This document shows positions 1 through 12,900 of a stretch of DNA of 64,000 bases, one piece after another. The position numbers were made by a program, and so were the translations under genes. The stretch comes from Cenococcum geophilum (taxonomy: Eukaryota). The number at the start of each line of letters is the position of its first letter. The stretch's first letter is position 1. The DNA lies in the NCBI GenBank assembly GCA_050273025.1, contig CP158635.1, positions 13,454,001 to 13,518,000 of the forward strand, given 5' to 3'. Below the pieces are notes generated by a model that did no database searches, was not told the DNA's origin, and worked only from the letters and a program-made list of their open reading frames with translations.

Positions 1-969
1 TTTATAGCCTATACGGAAGAAATCTTAGCAGAAGATATCGCTAGAATCTATATTAAAGAAGTATTTGCAAGATATAGAGCACTAAGTAAAATTATATTAG
101 ATAAAGATCTAAGATTTATAGCAGCATTCTAGGAGGTATTCTTAGCGGAACAAGAAATTTAAGCAGTAACTTTTACCGTATATTATCCGCAGACAGACGG
201 CTAAACGGAAAGATTAAACTAGACACTAAAACAGTATCTAAGATATTATATTAATCACGCACAGAATAATTAGGTATCGCTATTATTAGTTATACAGTTT
301 ATATACAATGCAACACTACAAGAAGAAATAGGTATGTTACTATTTAAGGCGAATTACGGATATAAGCTAAGAACATTATTATTGCCACGTTAAGTAAAGA
401 AAACAAGTAATAGAGCTAAGTAAAGGATGGAGACTTTAATAAATCTTTATGCAAACCTTATAGAAATAGCTAAGGTAGTACAGTAAAGAATAAAAAAGTA
501 CTACGATGCTAAGAGATCTAAGGGACCAGATCTTAAGGAGGGAGATAAAGTATAGCTACTATACAAAAATTTCAAAAGTCGACGACTAAGTAAAAAGTTA
601 GACCACGTTAGACTAGGACCTTTTAAAATTATACAGAGAATTTCACCAGTCACGTTTAAGTTAAACCTACTAGCTAAAATAAAGATCTACCCTATATAGC
701 ATATCGCGATAATAGAACTAGCATATAGGAATGTCAAGCTACTAGTTTATAAGGCAGACACATACAGAGGTTAGGAAGAAGATAAATAGCAAGTTTTAAG
801 GATTATTAGTTATAAGGACATTAACAATAAAACATAGTATAAGGTTAAGTAGATAGGCTATACTAAGACTACCTAGGAGCTACTAGAGAATTTAAAGAAT
901 ACTATAGAAAAGGTATAGGAGTATCGGAAGAAAACAGGTTAGGCAACATTAATAAAGAGGAATCGCTAA
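1..969 (+). pseudogene. pol: RIP-degraded Gypsy pol C-terminus (integrase, GPF/Y module, chromodomain)
   Basis: 181-243 reads Y(H)PQTDG(Q)TERLN(Q)TL(E)QYLR after RIP reversal; LGPFKI near 614-630; chromodomain-like tail ~770-920. Confidence 0.88.
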
Positions 970-1682
970 AGAATAAGTCACCTAAGGGGGACCTAGAAAG
1001 AGCGACTGCCAAACTACTTAAAGTTATTTCCTTCTCTATTAGAAGAGAATCTATTCTTTTATTACTAAGTTCCTACAGACCTTATTCTATAAGCTTCTAC
1101 TCCTTAAAACAAACTTTTTTATAAACTTTCTTAAGACGAATTAGTTAAGTAGACGTAGTAAGACGAGAATTAAGAGCCCGTTGTTAAGCATTAGTAGCCT
1201 TTTTTTTAGCGTTATATAAACGATAAAGTTCCGCCAAAGTAACGGACAACTTATTATTAAGTTTTATAGTAGTAAATTAAACACAAAACCCTATAATAAA
1301 TTACTTAGGGAACTTAGAGACTACTAAGAGTTATAGGACGCGTATACTTAGCGTTAGAAACCGAGCGAATATTATAAGACGATTAAACGTTTGCTCTAGT
1401 GTACTCTAAATAAGAGGAAGGTTGCTAGGACGAAGGACTTACTAACGTAATATAAACTAACCCCTCTTTCGTACAATAAGAACACGGAGATAGTATTACT
1501 TCACTAAGTAATAGTATGGAAGAGACTATATACATATAACAAAGAGTTAAAGAAGAAGAAGGTACTTTAGGTATTATAAGTAACAATATTAACCAAATTA
1601 ATTAGACGAATATTATACCTCTAGTAAACAACTTAGAGATGCTAGGTATCTTTAAGGATAAAGATAAAGAGAAGGGAGATAG

Positions 1683-2108
1683 TGTTACGGACGCTTTAAG
1701 TACAATATTATAACTACTTAGAGAGGAGTTAGAGGAAGCTAGTTGGTTAATATAAGCACGGTTTAGGATAGAACCCGTAGAACTATGTAACGAGGAATGG
1801 TAAGCAGAGTTACGTAATGTAATCTATATAATCTATATAATCTGCGAGATCTATAATAAAGCGAATAGAGTAGATAAAGTAGACAGAGTAATAACTTTCT
1901 TAAGAGTATGGTTGTGTATTTAAGGACCCATAGTCCCTACCTAGATAGTTCCTTCCTTATAGTAATTCTTAGAATATAATTAGAGTTAATCTATTGGGCA
2001 ACCACTCCACCAGTTGTTATTACGTTGTTAACTACTGTCTTTGCATTTCCTATACACCTAGCCTATTAACAGAACCCATCGTAGTTCCTGCTATAAGGTT
2101 CCGTTACA
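1683..2108 (+). repeat. 3' LTR (~426 bp) of the first Gypsy element
   Basis: TG...CA termini with a short imperfect inverted repeat, immediately after a purine tract. Confidence 0.8.
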
Positions 2109-4506
2109 ATTATAGAGGATAAGCTACTTCTCTTTCTCGTTAAGGAGGTTATAAGCTAGCCCTTAAAAGGGAAGAGCTGTAAAGCCAACATTAACGTACC
2201 TTAAGAGGAGACGCGGCTCTTATAGCGGTTAGTTTGCGGTTATATTACTACTTTAATAGACCTCTATTAGATGCAGAAAGCTATAGAAATAAATAGCTAC
2301 CCGTCTTCGCGGGAGGATAGCGTTAGGGAGTACCTAAAGATGCTATAGCGGAGGGACGCGTAGCGCGAGAAAGAGCAGTTCGCCGATAAGGGCAGAGATA
2401 CCTTTTTTAACGGCTATACTAAGGACGAGTTCTAGAGCGTCTGCTATAAGCTTTAGGCTAGGGGCGCCGCCTTATCCCTAGAGTGCTACTTCCATATACT
2501 TATTAATATCCTACTAGGCTACTATATACTTACCCACAGTGGCAATAAACGCTTTACTAAGATCTTAGATCTATTTACCTTTAAGTTTAAGGGTAAAGGC
2601 CCTACGCGCTATATGCCCTTAATATTTACTATACGCGTAGGTAAGTAGAACTAGTATGGCCGCCTTAAGACTATTAGGGCCCTATAGAACAGAAAGCCGC
2701 TTATTTATATACTTAGTGGGCTAGCTTTCTATCTCTTATACTACTGAGATCTTAGTATAGAGCTGTTTCTAGACTTTAGTAGGCGCTTAGTATAGTATAA
2801 TATACGCCTAATTAAGAGCGGTAGGGACCGTAAGGTGGCCCTCTTATATAACTTATAGTAAGATTAGGTTGTAAAGGTTTTTTAGTATATTAGCGTCTTC
2901 TTAGAGAAGAAGATGTATATTAGGCAGAGCGCTAGCGCTAAAACGGCGGAGCTAAAGGGGGTTAGCGAGGACTAGATTTGGCGCGCTAGGAGGTAAAACT
3001 AAGAGTAGATAGTAGGCTATTACTTAAACTTTCTCCTATAAGAGTTTATAAGGTTAATAGTAGGATACCCTTTATAGATGGGCTGCTTTAAAATCCACCG
3101 TATAGGTATTACGCCGCCTAATATACTGCTATTAATAATATAGCCCGAACTAGATAAATGGAAGGGCCGCTTTAGCTTATAGCTATACTAGATTAATAAC
3201 CTTACCGCTATAGGGGTTACAAACCTTCTCTTTTACCTTCGCGAGGTTATTCTATAGGACTTAGTAACCCTCTATAAGATATTCCTAAGCTATTTAGTAT
3301 AAAGCTACCCTATTTTTTAGTATAAGGTATATAAGGCCTTTATATAGGATCTAGAGCCCTACCTATAGGAAGAGGAGGGGAGCCTAAATTAGCTGTTAAT
3401 TCTTTATTAAGCTATACTACTTCTTACTAACTAAAGGCTTTATATGCTAAATATAAGTAGATAGCTAATAAGGTTAAGGGCTTATTAAACTATTTAGATA
3501 AGTTCTAGCGGGCCTAATCTTTATAGCTTTAATTACTAACATTTAGAGGCCTTACATTTTAACTAAAAGCCCCTTTAGCTATAGCTGCGGCTGCGGCTGC
3601 GGTATGGCCTTAGGGCCAGTCTACTAACCCCTTATATCCGCCTATAGAAGTGGCCCCTTTAGCTCTATCTGTTACGGGATCTAGTAGATATACGTCCGCC
3701 TAGGTAAGCGCTATAGGCTCTCCTTCCTATATAGCTTCGCCACTACTACTACCGCCGCCACTGCTATAGCCGCAGTTCTAGCTAGAGCCTAAATCTGGGT
3801 CTTTACCTATATACTATATAAGCCGCGCGGTAAACTCTATATAGGCCCTTTAGCGTAAGTAGATTAAAGGGCTAGGAGGTAATTCTTTTATAGTAGCGCT
3901 AGATTCTAAATAGGGCAGTAGATAGCGGGCTGGCTAATAAAAGGAGGTTTAATAGTACTCCCTATAGCTTAAGGTTATTAAGGAGATTAAGCGGGTTATA
4001 TAGGTCTAGAAGGTTAGTAAGGAAGTGGCTATATAGCAGGTTAATCTACGGTAGGAGCAAATATAGTGCTTACTAGATTAGCTTTATAAACGGCTTTAAG
4101 CGGGTAGAAAAGCTTTAAAATAGTTATATATATAACTTCTAATAAGATACTAAGAGGTTTTCTATTAAAACCTTTATCTATAGCCCCCTAGGGGCTTATT
4201 TTAGTACTATATAAGTTTAATAGGATGCTTTAGGGTGCTTATACAATAGTAGCGCGCAACTTAAAACGCGAATATCTTTATTAACCTATAGCTGATTCTT
4301 ACCATTCTAGTATAAGTAGAAAGCTCTTAGTAGGCTCTACGTATAGCACTTAATAGGTATTAAAAGCGCGGTGTCGCTAGTGATTAAAAATCGACTGTAG
4401 ATATAGGGTAATATCTATAGTCGCTAAACGTATAGGCCTCCTCACCTGCGTAATTATAACTTAGCTGCTAAATTAGCTATATAAACGTAACTGTAAATAT
4501 ACTATT
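2109..4506 (+). mobile_element. Crypton (tyrosine-recombinase transposon) copy 1, 5' end interrupted by the Gypsy element
   Basis: Aligns end to end with ~5016-7441; differences are mostly C>T/G>A plus small indels. Confidence 0.88.
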
Positions 4507-7441
4507 AGTATTAACTACCTGGCTAATCCTTAGTTAGCTAAAAAATCACATATTTAGCTAGCCACCTAGGTTAGATTTAAGGATCTCTATAGCGCCACTA
4601 GCGCTAAGCTAAGGAGATTTGTGTATCTAGGGCCACCTACTAATTAAGCCGCTAATTAACCCTAACCGTAGGGTAATTAGGGGCATTAGGGCCCTAAGTA
4701 TATATAAAAAAGTCCTCCCTACCTAATCCTTAATCGCGGTAGCACGTCTACTATTATACCTACTATATAAGATAGCGCTAACTAACCGCGTAGAGATTAA
4801 TATTGCTAATAATGCCAAATTACGCGCTAACGCGCAGTATATCCTTACCCTTACGTATACCATAAGGCCTAAGAATATGTTTTTAATATATAATCTAAAG
4901 CAGAAGGAGTTTAAGGTAATACTCCCCCTCTTTTAAAAGTATCGCGGCCTATAATTAACGCGTTATTTAGCTCTAGGCCTTCTGTAAACGGAAGCAGTAT
5001 TATAATAGCAATACTATTATAAAGGATAAGCTACTTCTCTTTCTTGTTAAGGAGGTTATAAGCTAGCCCTTAAAAGGGAAGAGCTGTAAAGCTGACATTA
5101 ACGTACCTTAAGAGGAGACGTAGCTCTTATAGCGGTTAGTTTGCGGTTATATTACTACTTTAACGGACCTCTATTAGATGCAGAAAGCTATAGGAATAAA
5201 TAGCCACCTGTTTTTATGGAAGGATAGCGTTAGGGAGTACCTAAAGATACTATAGCGGAGGGACGCGCAGCGTAAGAAAGAGTAGTTCGCTAATAAGGGC
5301 AGAGATACCCTTCTTAATAGCTATACCGAGGACGAGTTCTAGAGCGTCTGCTATAAGCTTTAGGCTAGGGGCGCCGCCTTATCCCTAGAGTGCTACTTCT
5401 GCATACTTATTAATATCCTACTAGGCTACTATATGCTTACCCGCGGTGGCGATAGACGCTTTACTAAGATCTTAGATCTATTTACCTTTAAGTTTAAGGG
5501 TAAAGGCCCTACGCGCTATATGCCCTTAATATTTACTATATACGTAGGTAAGTAGAACTAGTATGGCCGCCTTAAGACTATTAGGGCCCTATAGAATAGG
5601 AAGCCGCTTATTTATATACTTAGTAGGCTAGCTTTCTATCTTTTATACCGCTAGGATCTTAATACGGAGCTATTCCTAGACTTTAGTAGGCGCTTAGTAT
5701 AGTATAATATACGCCTAATTAAGAGCGGTAGGGACCGTAAGGTAGCCCTCTTATATAACTTGCAGTGAGATTAGGTTGTAAAGGTCTTCTAATATATTAG
5801 CGTCTTTTTAGAGAAGAAGACGTATATTAGGCGGAGCGCTGGCGCTAAGACAGCGGAGCTAAAGGGGGTTAGTAAGGACTAGATTTAGCGCGCTAGGAGG
5901 TAAAACTAAGAGTAAATAATAGGCTATTACTTAAACTTTCTCCCGCGAGAGTTTATAAGGTTAATAGTAGGATACCCCTTATAGATAGGCTGCTTTAAAA
6001 TCTACCGTGTAGGTATTACGCCGCCTAATATACTGCTATTAATAATATAGCCTAAACTAGATAAATGGAAGGGCCGCTTTAGCCCGTAGCTATACTAGAT
6101 TAATAACCTTACTACTATAGGGGTTATAAACCTTTTCTTTTACCTCCGTGAGGTTATTCTATAAGACTTAATAACCCTTTATAAGATAGTCCTAAGCTAT
6201 CTAGTATAGAGCCACCCTATTTTTTAGTATAAGGTATATAAGGCCTTTACGTAAGATCTAGAGCTTTACCTATAGGAAGAGGAGGGGAGCCTAAATTAGC
6301 TGTTAATTCTCTATTAAGCTATGCCACTCCTTACTAACTAACTAAAGGCTTTATATACTGAATATAAGTAGATAGCTAGTAAGGTTAAGGGCTTATTAGA
6401 TTATTTAGATAAGTCCTAATAGGCCTAATCTTTATAGCTTTAATTACTAATATCCGGAGGCCTTACATTTTAACTAGAAGCCCCTTTAGCTATAGCTACA
6501 GCTACGGCTACGGTATAGCCTTAGGGCCGGTCTACTAACCCCCTACGTCCGCCTATAAAAGTGGCCCCTTTAGCTCTATCTATTACAGGATTTAGTAGAT
6601 ATACGTCCGCCTAGGTAAGCACTATAGGCTCTCCTTCCTATATAGCTTCGCCACCACCACTACCGCCGCCGCTGCTATAGCTATAGCTATAGCTATAGCT
6701 ACAGCCGCAGTTCTAGCTAGAGCCTAGGTCTGGGTCTCTACCTATATACTATATAAGCCGCGCGGTAAACTCCGTATAGGCCCTTTAGCGTAAGTAGATT
6801 AAAGGGCTAGGAGGTAATCCTTCTATAGTAGCGCTAGATTCTAAATAGGGCAGTAAATAGCGGGCTAGCTAGTAAAAAGAGGTTTAATAGTACTCCCTAC
6901 GGCTTAAGGTTATTAAGGAGATTAAGCGGGTTATATAGGTCTAGAAGGTTAGCGAGGAAGCGGCTATATAGTAGGTTAATCTACGGCAGGAGCAAATATA
7001 GTACTCGCTAAATTAGCTTTATAAACGGCTTTAAGCGGGTAGAAAAGCTTTAAAATAGTTATATATATAACTTCTAATAAGATACTAAGAGGTTTTCTAT
7101 TAAAACCTTTATCTATAGCCCCCTAGGGGCTTATTTTAGTGCCGTGTAAGTTTAATAGGGTGCTTTAGGGTGCTTATACGATGGTGGCGCGCAACTTAAA
7201 ACGCGAATATCTTTATTAACCTATGGCCGATTCTTACCATTCTAGTATAAGTAGAAAGCTCTTAGCAGGCTCTACGTATAGCGCTCGACGGGTGTTAAGA
7301 GCGCGGTGTCGCTGGCGATTAAAAATCGACTGTGGATATGGGGTAATATCTATAGTCGCTGAACGCACGGGCCTCCTCACCTGCGTAATTATAACTTAGC
7401 CGCTGAATCAGCCATATAAACGTAACTGTAGATATACTATT
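4507..7441 (+). mobile_element. Crypton copy 2, full ~2.9-kb unit, head-to-tail with copy 1
   Basis: The same terminal sequence ...cgtaactgta(a/g)atatactatt ends both copies (4506 and 7441); unit length 2935 bp. Confidence 0.88.
4772..7055 (+). pseudogene. Crypton tyrosine recombinase (NDC10-II-like YR domain) with C-terminal GCR1_C DNA-binding domain, RIP-degraded, intron 4916-4976
   Basis: RPKN..Y..KQKEF | intron | AFC...KLLLFL. Catalytic-type motifs: LTRGGDRR (~5436), KKT(H)I(G)R (~5814), RA(G)R(W)N (~5889), G(C)YLN (~5922). (M)SRAVNSV(Q)AL(W)R(E)(W)..GLGGNPSI.ALD.K(W)G..(W)R at ~6753-6863 fits GCR1_C. Confidence 0.85.
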
Positions 7442-7541
7442 GCTACGGTAGTTTGGGTCTAATATTATTAATAAGAATTAAACCAATTAAACCAGCTAAA
7501 TCTTCCCTTAGTCTTAATGTTTTTTGGTTTTCGCGCATAGG

Positions 7542-8238
7542 TTTTCTTAGGTGCCTCAGCCGCTTCGTAGATAATTGGCAGGCCCGCCCCTTTACATAAC
7601 TTCTTACTAATTCTCAGCTCCACGTGACCCAACAAAATCCTCTACGTAGCGTCTAAGAGATTATGGGCGCGTGCTTGCTATAAGCTAGGCTACTTTTTCA
7701 ACGTATATTATTTTTAAGCAGCCATAATAGGGCCAATTTAGCAGCTATAGTTACAGTTGTTAATGCATTTAAATTATAACCTCTTCTTCTTATATATTCT
7801 TATTAATTTAATTAGCTAGCCTATATATTAGGGGTTGATATACAGCCTTAAAGTCCAAAAATGTATTTTTTAAAACTAGGCTAACCTAACTAGCTATATC
7901 AGAACCTCGATCGCATTTTACTACCACAACTTATTTTTCCCTAAGATTGGGTAAGCTACTTCTTATTATAGCTAAGAAGTAGCTTACCTAATCTTAGGGG
8001 AAAATAAGCTATAGTGGGGAAGTTCTATTTTAAAAGTATAAGGAAACTATAAGGTATAAGGGTGTAAAACGCGCCTATTTTCTCTTAGACCCTTAGAGAG
8101 GAATTGCCTCGCACATGCTCTAATTAGCTAGATCGCTTATATACGGCACCTTCCTTAGCAGAATTTTATAACAGAATTGCATAATATTTATAAAGTGAGA
8201 GGTAATTCCTTAACGAGGGTCCGGGGCACCTGAGATAA
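7542..8238. mobile_element. Non-autonomous hAT-like MITE (697 bp), copy 1
   Basis: 14-bp imperfect TIR TTTTCTTAGGTGCC / GGCACCTGAGATAA; perfect 8-bp TSD CGCATAGG (7534-7541, 8239-8246); second copy at 60951-61646. Confidence 0.92.
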
Positions 8239-8716
8239 CGCATAGGCCACTTTTATATTAGACACTACCGTAGCAAGGAATAGTCTATCTACTTAAATTG
8301 GGCTATATTACGGGACACCCCTATAATACCTTACACACATCTACCTGTTTTTACTAACTTAGCAATTAGAGACTAACCGCGAAATAGCAACCTAATAGCA
8401 ATCTAATGGCAATCTAACGGCAATCTATGGTATTTTGCTATATTCTGCCAAGTTCTACTAAATTCTGCTAAGTTCTGCTAGGACTATAAACTGAACCCTA
8501 TTCTGCCCTATGTATATATTAACTAAGCAACTAAGTTAACGATATATACCCCTTCTTCCCATTTTCCTACCTTCTTTCCTTACGTAACGTCTTGACTTCT
8601 TATACAGTTTATACACATAGCTTAATAATATCTACCTTGCTATATATTATCGCCGCTTATACTTACTCCGTAACACTATATTGCGTTAACTCTATATACC
8701 ACCTCCGAGATATAAA

Positions 8717-9930
8717 ATGACCCTAAAGCCCATATAACAGCCGCCGGTATTATATCTATACTCTAAAAATAACTAGCAGAAATATAAAAGTCTTTTATAG
8801 ACGCCCTTATATAAAACTAAGCTACTTTAAACTAATAATAAGCCGAATAAGAAGTATAACACTAGTAATTAATTAAGGACCTCTAAGAAGAAATCCGTAC
8901 ACTTAAGATGCCTATATTAGGGCCTTAAGACTAAATACTATTTTTAGAGATAAACACGCTGAACGTAAGCCCTAAACCTATAGTAACTGTCTACCTTAAA
9001 CTAACTACTATACTAAAACAATCTAAACAACTACTAAATCCCCTAGTATTTACTAGTAAATAATAAGAACTCTAATTATTCCTAAGCCAGCTTAAAAATA
9101 AGCTAACTAGTAACGCTAACCGTTACCTAACCGAAGCTAACCGACTTTATTACGCCCTAAGTCGACTAGGAGGAGAGGTAGCTAACTTTATTAAACCTTT
9201 TTAGCCAACCTTAGTATAAAGCCTAGTTGTACTTCTTAAAGCCTTATATAGTAACCTAAACCGCTAAGCTACTACCTAGAAAAAGATAAACTATATAGCT
9301 TAAGGAACGAAAAGTTTCCTAGTATACTTCTTTAAATTTAACCGTTATATAAGGGAAACAGGTTAGAATAACTCCGCACTAATTAATAGCCTTATTAAAT
9401 CTCTAAGCCCTAAACTAAAAACCTCCCTAATAGGCGTAGACTTACCAGGAGCCCTTAATACCTACGTAAATATTATTAATAAACGGTATAATAATATACT
9501 ACGCCTAATACTAAAACCCGCCCCCTAATATAATATAGCAACCCTATAAACGTTTACTAGGTTATTATCTTAGCCTAAGTACCCCAACGCTATAGATATT
9601 AACACTAGAACTCTAAAGTACGCCCTACTAGGGTCCCTTAAATAAGAAAGACGCATTAAGCTAGGCCTCTACTTTAAGTGCGGAAGTAAGGACTATATCT
9701 TAAAATACTATCTCGTCCCCTTACCTACGCCCTAAAACAATTTATAAACGGCTAATACTAGTAACTATTTACCGTATTAATCTTCTAGTTACCGCCCCTA
9801 ATCTTTACCTAGTTCTAGCCCCGTATTTAGTAAGCACCACTTATAAGGGTAAAGCTATAACCGACGTTTTATAGAAACCCCTTCCCGCTTATTACTAAAA
9901 GGTATATTTTAGAGTTACGTTGCTCTCTAG
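8717..9930 (+). pseudogene. gag: Gypsy gag (RIP-degraded) with CCHC zinc knuckle
   Basis: ATG at 8717; GL(C)FKCGSKD(H)I.KY(C) at ~9664-9711. End coordinate approximate. Confidence 0.75.
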
Positions 9931-12900
9931 GACGGCTCTGCCTTAAGATCTTATTAAATGCTTTAGATATTACAAACTCTAACTCTTAGGATTATAGTAT
10001 AACCGTTAACTATTATCTTTAGTAGAATAATTAATAGGCTAATACTTAAGTCCTAATTAATACAGGAGCTAGTAGCATAGGATTTATTAATAAGATCTTT
10101 ATATAAGATAATAGTTTTACCCTAATTCCCCTTAACTGGTATATTAACGTATTTAGATTTAATAGTAAACGCATGGTCTTAGGCTAAATTACCTATATAG
10201 TATACCTAAGACTCTAATACCTAAACCATAAAAAACTAATTAAGCTTTTTGTTACTACCTTAGGTTACCTAGTAATTCTTAAATAACCCTACATAAAGCT
10301 ATATAAGGTAACCATTAATTAGGACAACCTTAAGCTTCTATTTACCGCCTCCCGTTATAAGTAGAAGTGCCTTATAATATACCATCCTAACCCTAAACTA
10401 AAATTTAGAAAATCTACTAAAATTTATTAACTTAAGATTTCCACTAATGTCCACCCTATGCCTAAAGAATTTACTAGATTCTACTAACCTAGGAATTTTA
10501 CCAAATTCCACTAATATAAGATTTCCACTAATATCCATTAAGGATCTAAAATTTTTACTAAACCCTATAAACAGACCCTAAGTACTATACCGCCCTAAAC
10601 TAAGCAGAAGCTTAAGCTTAGTATATAAAACTACTAGAAGAACTAGTACTTTATAATAAAAGGAATACTTAAAAAACCTAAACCTAAACCTAATACTAAC
10701 TCTATACCTAATACTAAACCTAAACCTAAATAGGAAACTATAGACAATCTAAGCAAGCTTAGCACCCTAAATATCTATATAATCAGAGCTACCCCGCTAG
10801 CGCGACTTGCTAAGAAACCCAAATATATAATCTTCGCCGTCACTACAGCTGATATTAAGAAGGCCTTAGCACTAAAAAAGTACACTAACCCTGCTATAAA
10901 GGTACTAGTAGAGTACTATAACCGCCTAAAGGTATTCTTATAAAAGGAAGCTAGTAAGCTACCGGAATACCAATCGTATAACTATAAGATTGTACTTAAA
11001 GAAGGAAAGTAGCCTAGATTTAGACCCTTATACAGGATATCCTAAAACAAACTCTAAATACTATAAAAGTATTTAGATAAAAACCTAAGTAAAGGATTTA
11101 TTAGAGCAAGCTCGTTACCTATAGCTATACCAGTAATCTTTATTAAGAAACCCGGCGGCGGTTTATACTTCTATATAGACTACTAAGCTCTTAACACCGT
11201 CACTATTAAAAACTGATATCCGATCCCGTTAATATAAAAAACACTAAACTAACTAAGTAAGACTCGCTACTATACGAAGCTTAATATTATCTCTATATTT
11301 AACCACCTCTATATAGCAAAAGAAGATAAATAGCTTACTGCATTCCGTACTTAGTATAGATTATTTAAATACTTAATAACGCTATTTAGCCTCGCAAATA
11401 CTCCGAGCTTGTTTTAATATTATATAAATAACACCCTACGTCCCTACCTAGATATCTTTTATACTACTTATATTAACGATATCCTAATATACAGTAATAA
11501 CTTAACTAAATATTGGAAATACGTTAACCTTATTCTATAAGCCCTATACGGAGCTAGTTTATAATTAGACGTAGATAAATACAAGTTTTATAAAACGAAA
11601 GTCCTATACCTTAAACTCCTTATTTCTATAAACGGTATATAAATAGACCTAAAGAAAGTTAAAGTAATTATAAACTAGCAAAAACTTAAGAACGTTAAGG
11701 ATATAAGAGCCTTTATAGGATTTACTAATTTCTACCAACGGTTTATTAATAACTTCTCCGCCTTAGTTTTACCCCTTATTACTTTAACCCAAAAGGAGAA
11801 AGCTTTTATCTTTAATAAGGAATATAAAAAAGCCTTTACTTATCTAAAGGTTATATTTACTACTACACCTATACTCTAACACTTTAACCTAGAATAAATA
11901 AGTATTATAAAAGCCAACTTATCTAATTACGTTACTAGAGGTATTTTATCTTAATATAATAAAGAAGAAGTATTACACCCTATAGTATACTTCTTAAAGC
12001 AACTAAGCCCTACTAAATATAATTGTAAGATCTATAATAAAGAATTACTAGCTATTATTAGATACTTTAAGTAATAGCAACCTAAACTAGAAGGCGCCGG
12101 ATTTCTAATTAAGGTCCTTAGCGACTATAAGAACCTATAGTACTTTATAACTACAAAATAGCTAAGTTATTATTAGGCCTACTAATTAGAATATCTATTA
12201 CGCTTCCAATTCTTAATTATATACCGCCTAAGCGCCTAAGGTTAGAAGCCTAATACCCTAACCTAATACTCGCAAGACGCGCTAGCCCTAGAAAAAGCGC
12301 GCTCTTACTAAAATTAAACCCTACTTCGCCCTAAACTATTTAACCCCCCTACTAAAGATCTTACGATACACGCCCTTAAAATAACTAATTAATTAATTAA
12401 ATAAATTATAGTTAATAAATACCTAAATAACAAGTTTATTTAAGAGACACTTAAGCTAATATAAGATGGCATTAAACGCTCTAAAAAGATTTCTTTAAGT
12501 AAATATAAAGCCTACGGAAACCGCTTATATTACTAGAACCGTCTAATTATCCCTAATTATAATAAGCTTAAGATTAAGCTCCTTAAACATATATATAATC
12601 TACCCATTACCAGCTACCTAGGCTAAGGAAAAACCCTAAAACTACTCTAATGGGAGTATTACTAGCTGAATATATATAATATAATATAAAGGTATGTCTT
12701 TAGCTACTATACCTACTAACGAGTTAAAGCCTCGCATAAGATATGTAACGGCCTTCTAAAGCTACTACCTGTTCCGGACCGAAGATAGAAAAATATCTTA
12801 ATTAACTTTATTATTAACCTCCCTAAAAGTAAATGCTATATAAACATTATAGTAGTTATAGACTAACTATCTAAGATAAGATACTTAATCGCCTGCCCTA

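Larger units (their letters stand above)
1..2108 (+). mobile_element. Ty3/Gypsy chromovirus LTR retrotransposon, 3' part (truncated by window start), inserted into Crypton copy 1
   Basis: Integrase and chromodomain remnants at 1-969, polypurine tract at ~1660-1682, LTR TGTTACGG...CCGTTACA at 1683-2108. Sequence from 2109 resumes Crypton coding sequence matching ~5016 onward. Confidence 0.9.

Noticed and set aside
4772..7055. Tyrosine recombinase as a Starship captain (DUF3435) or phage integrase
   Set aside because: The domain order (YR plus GCR1_C), the intron and the 2.9-kb unit match Crypton; no cargo region is seen.
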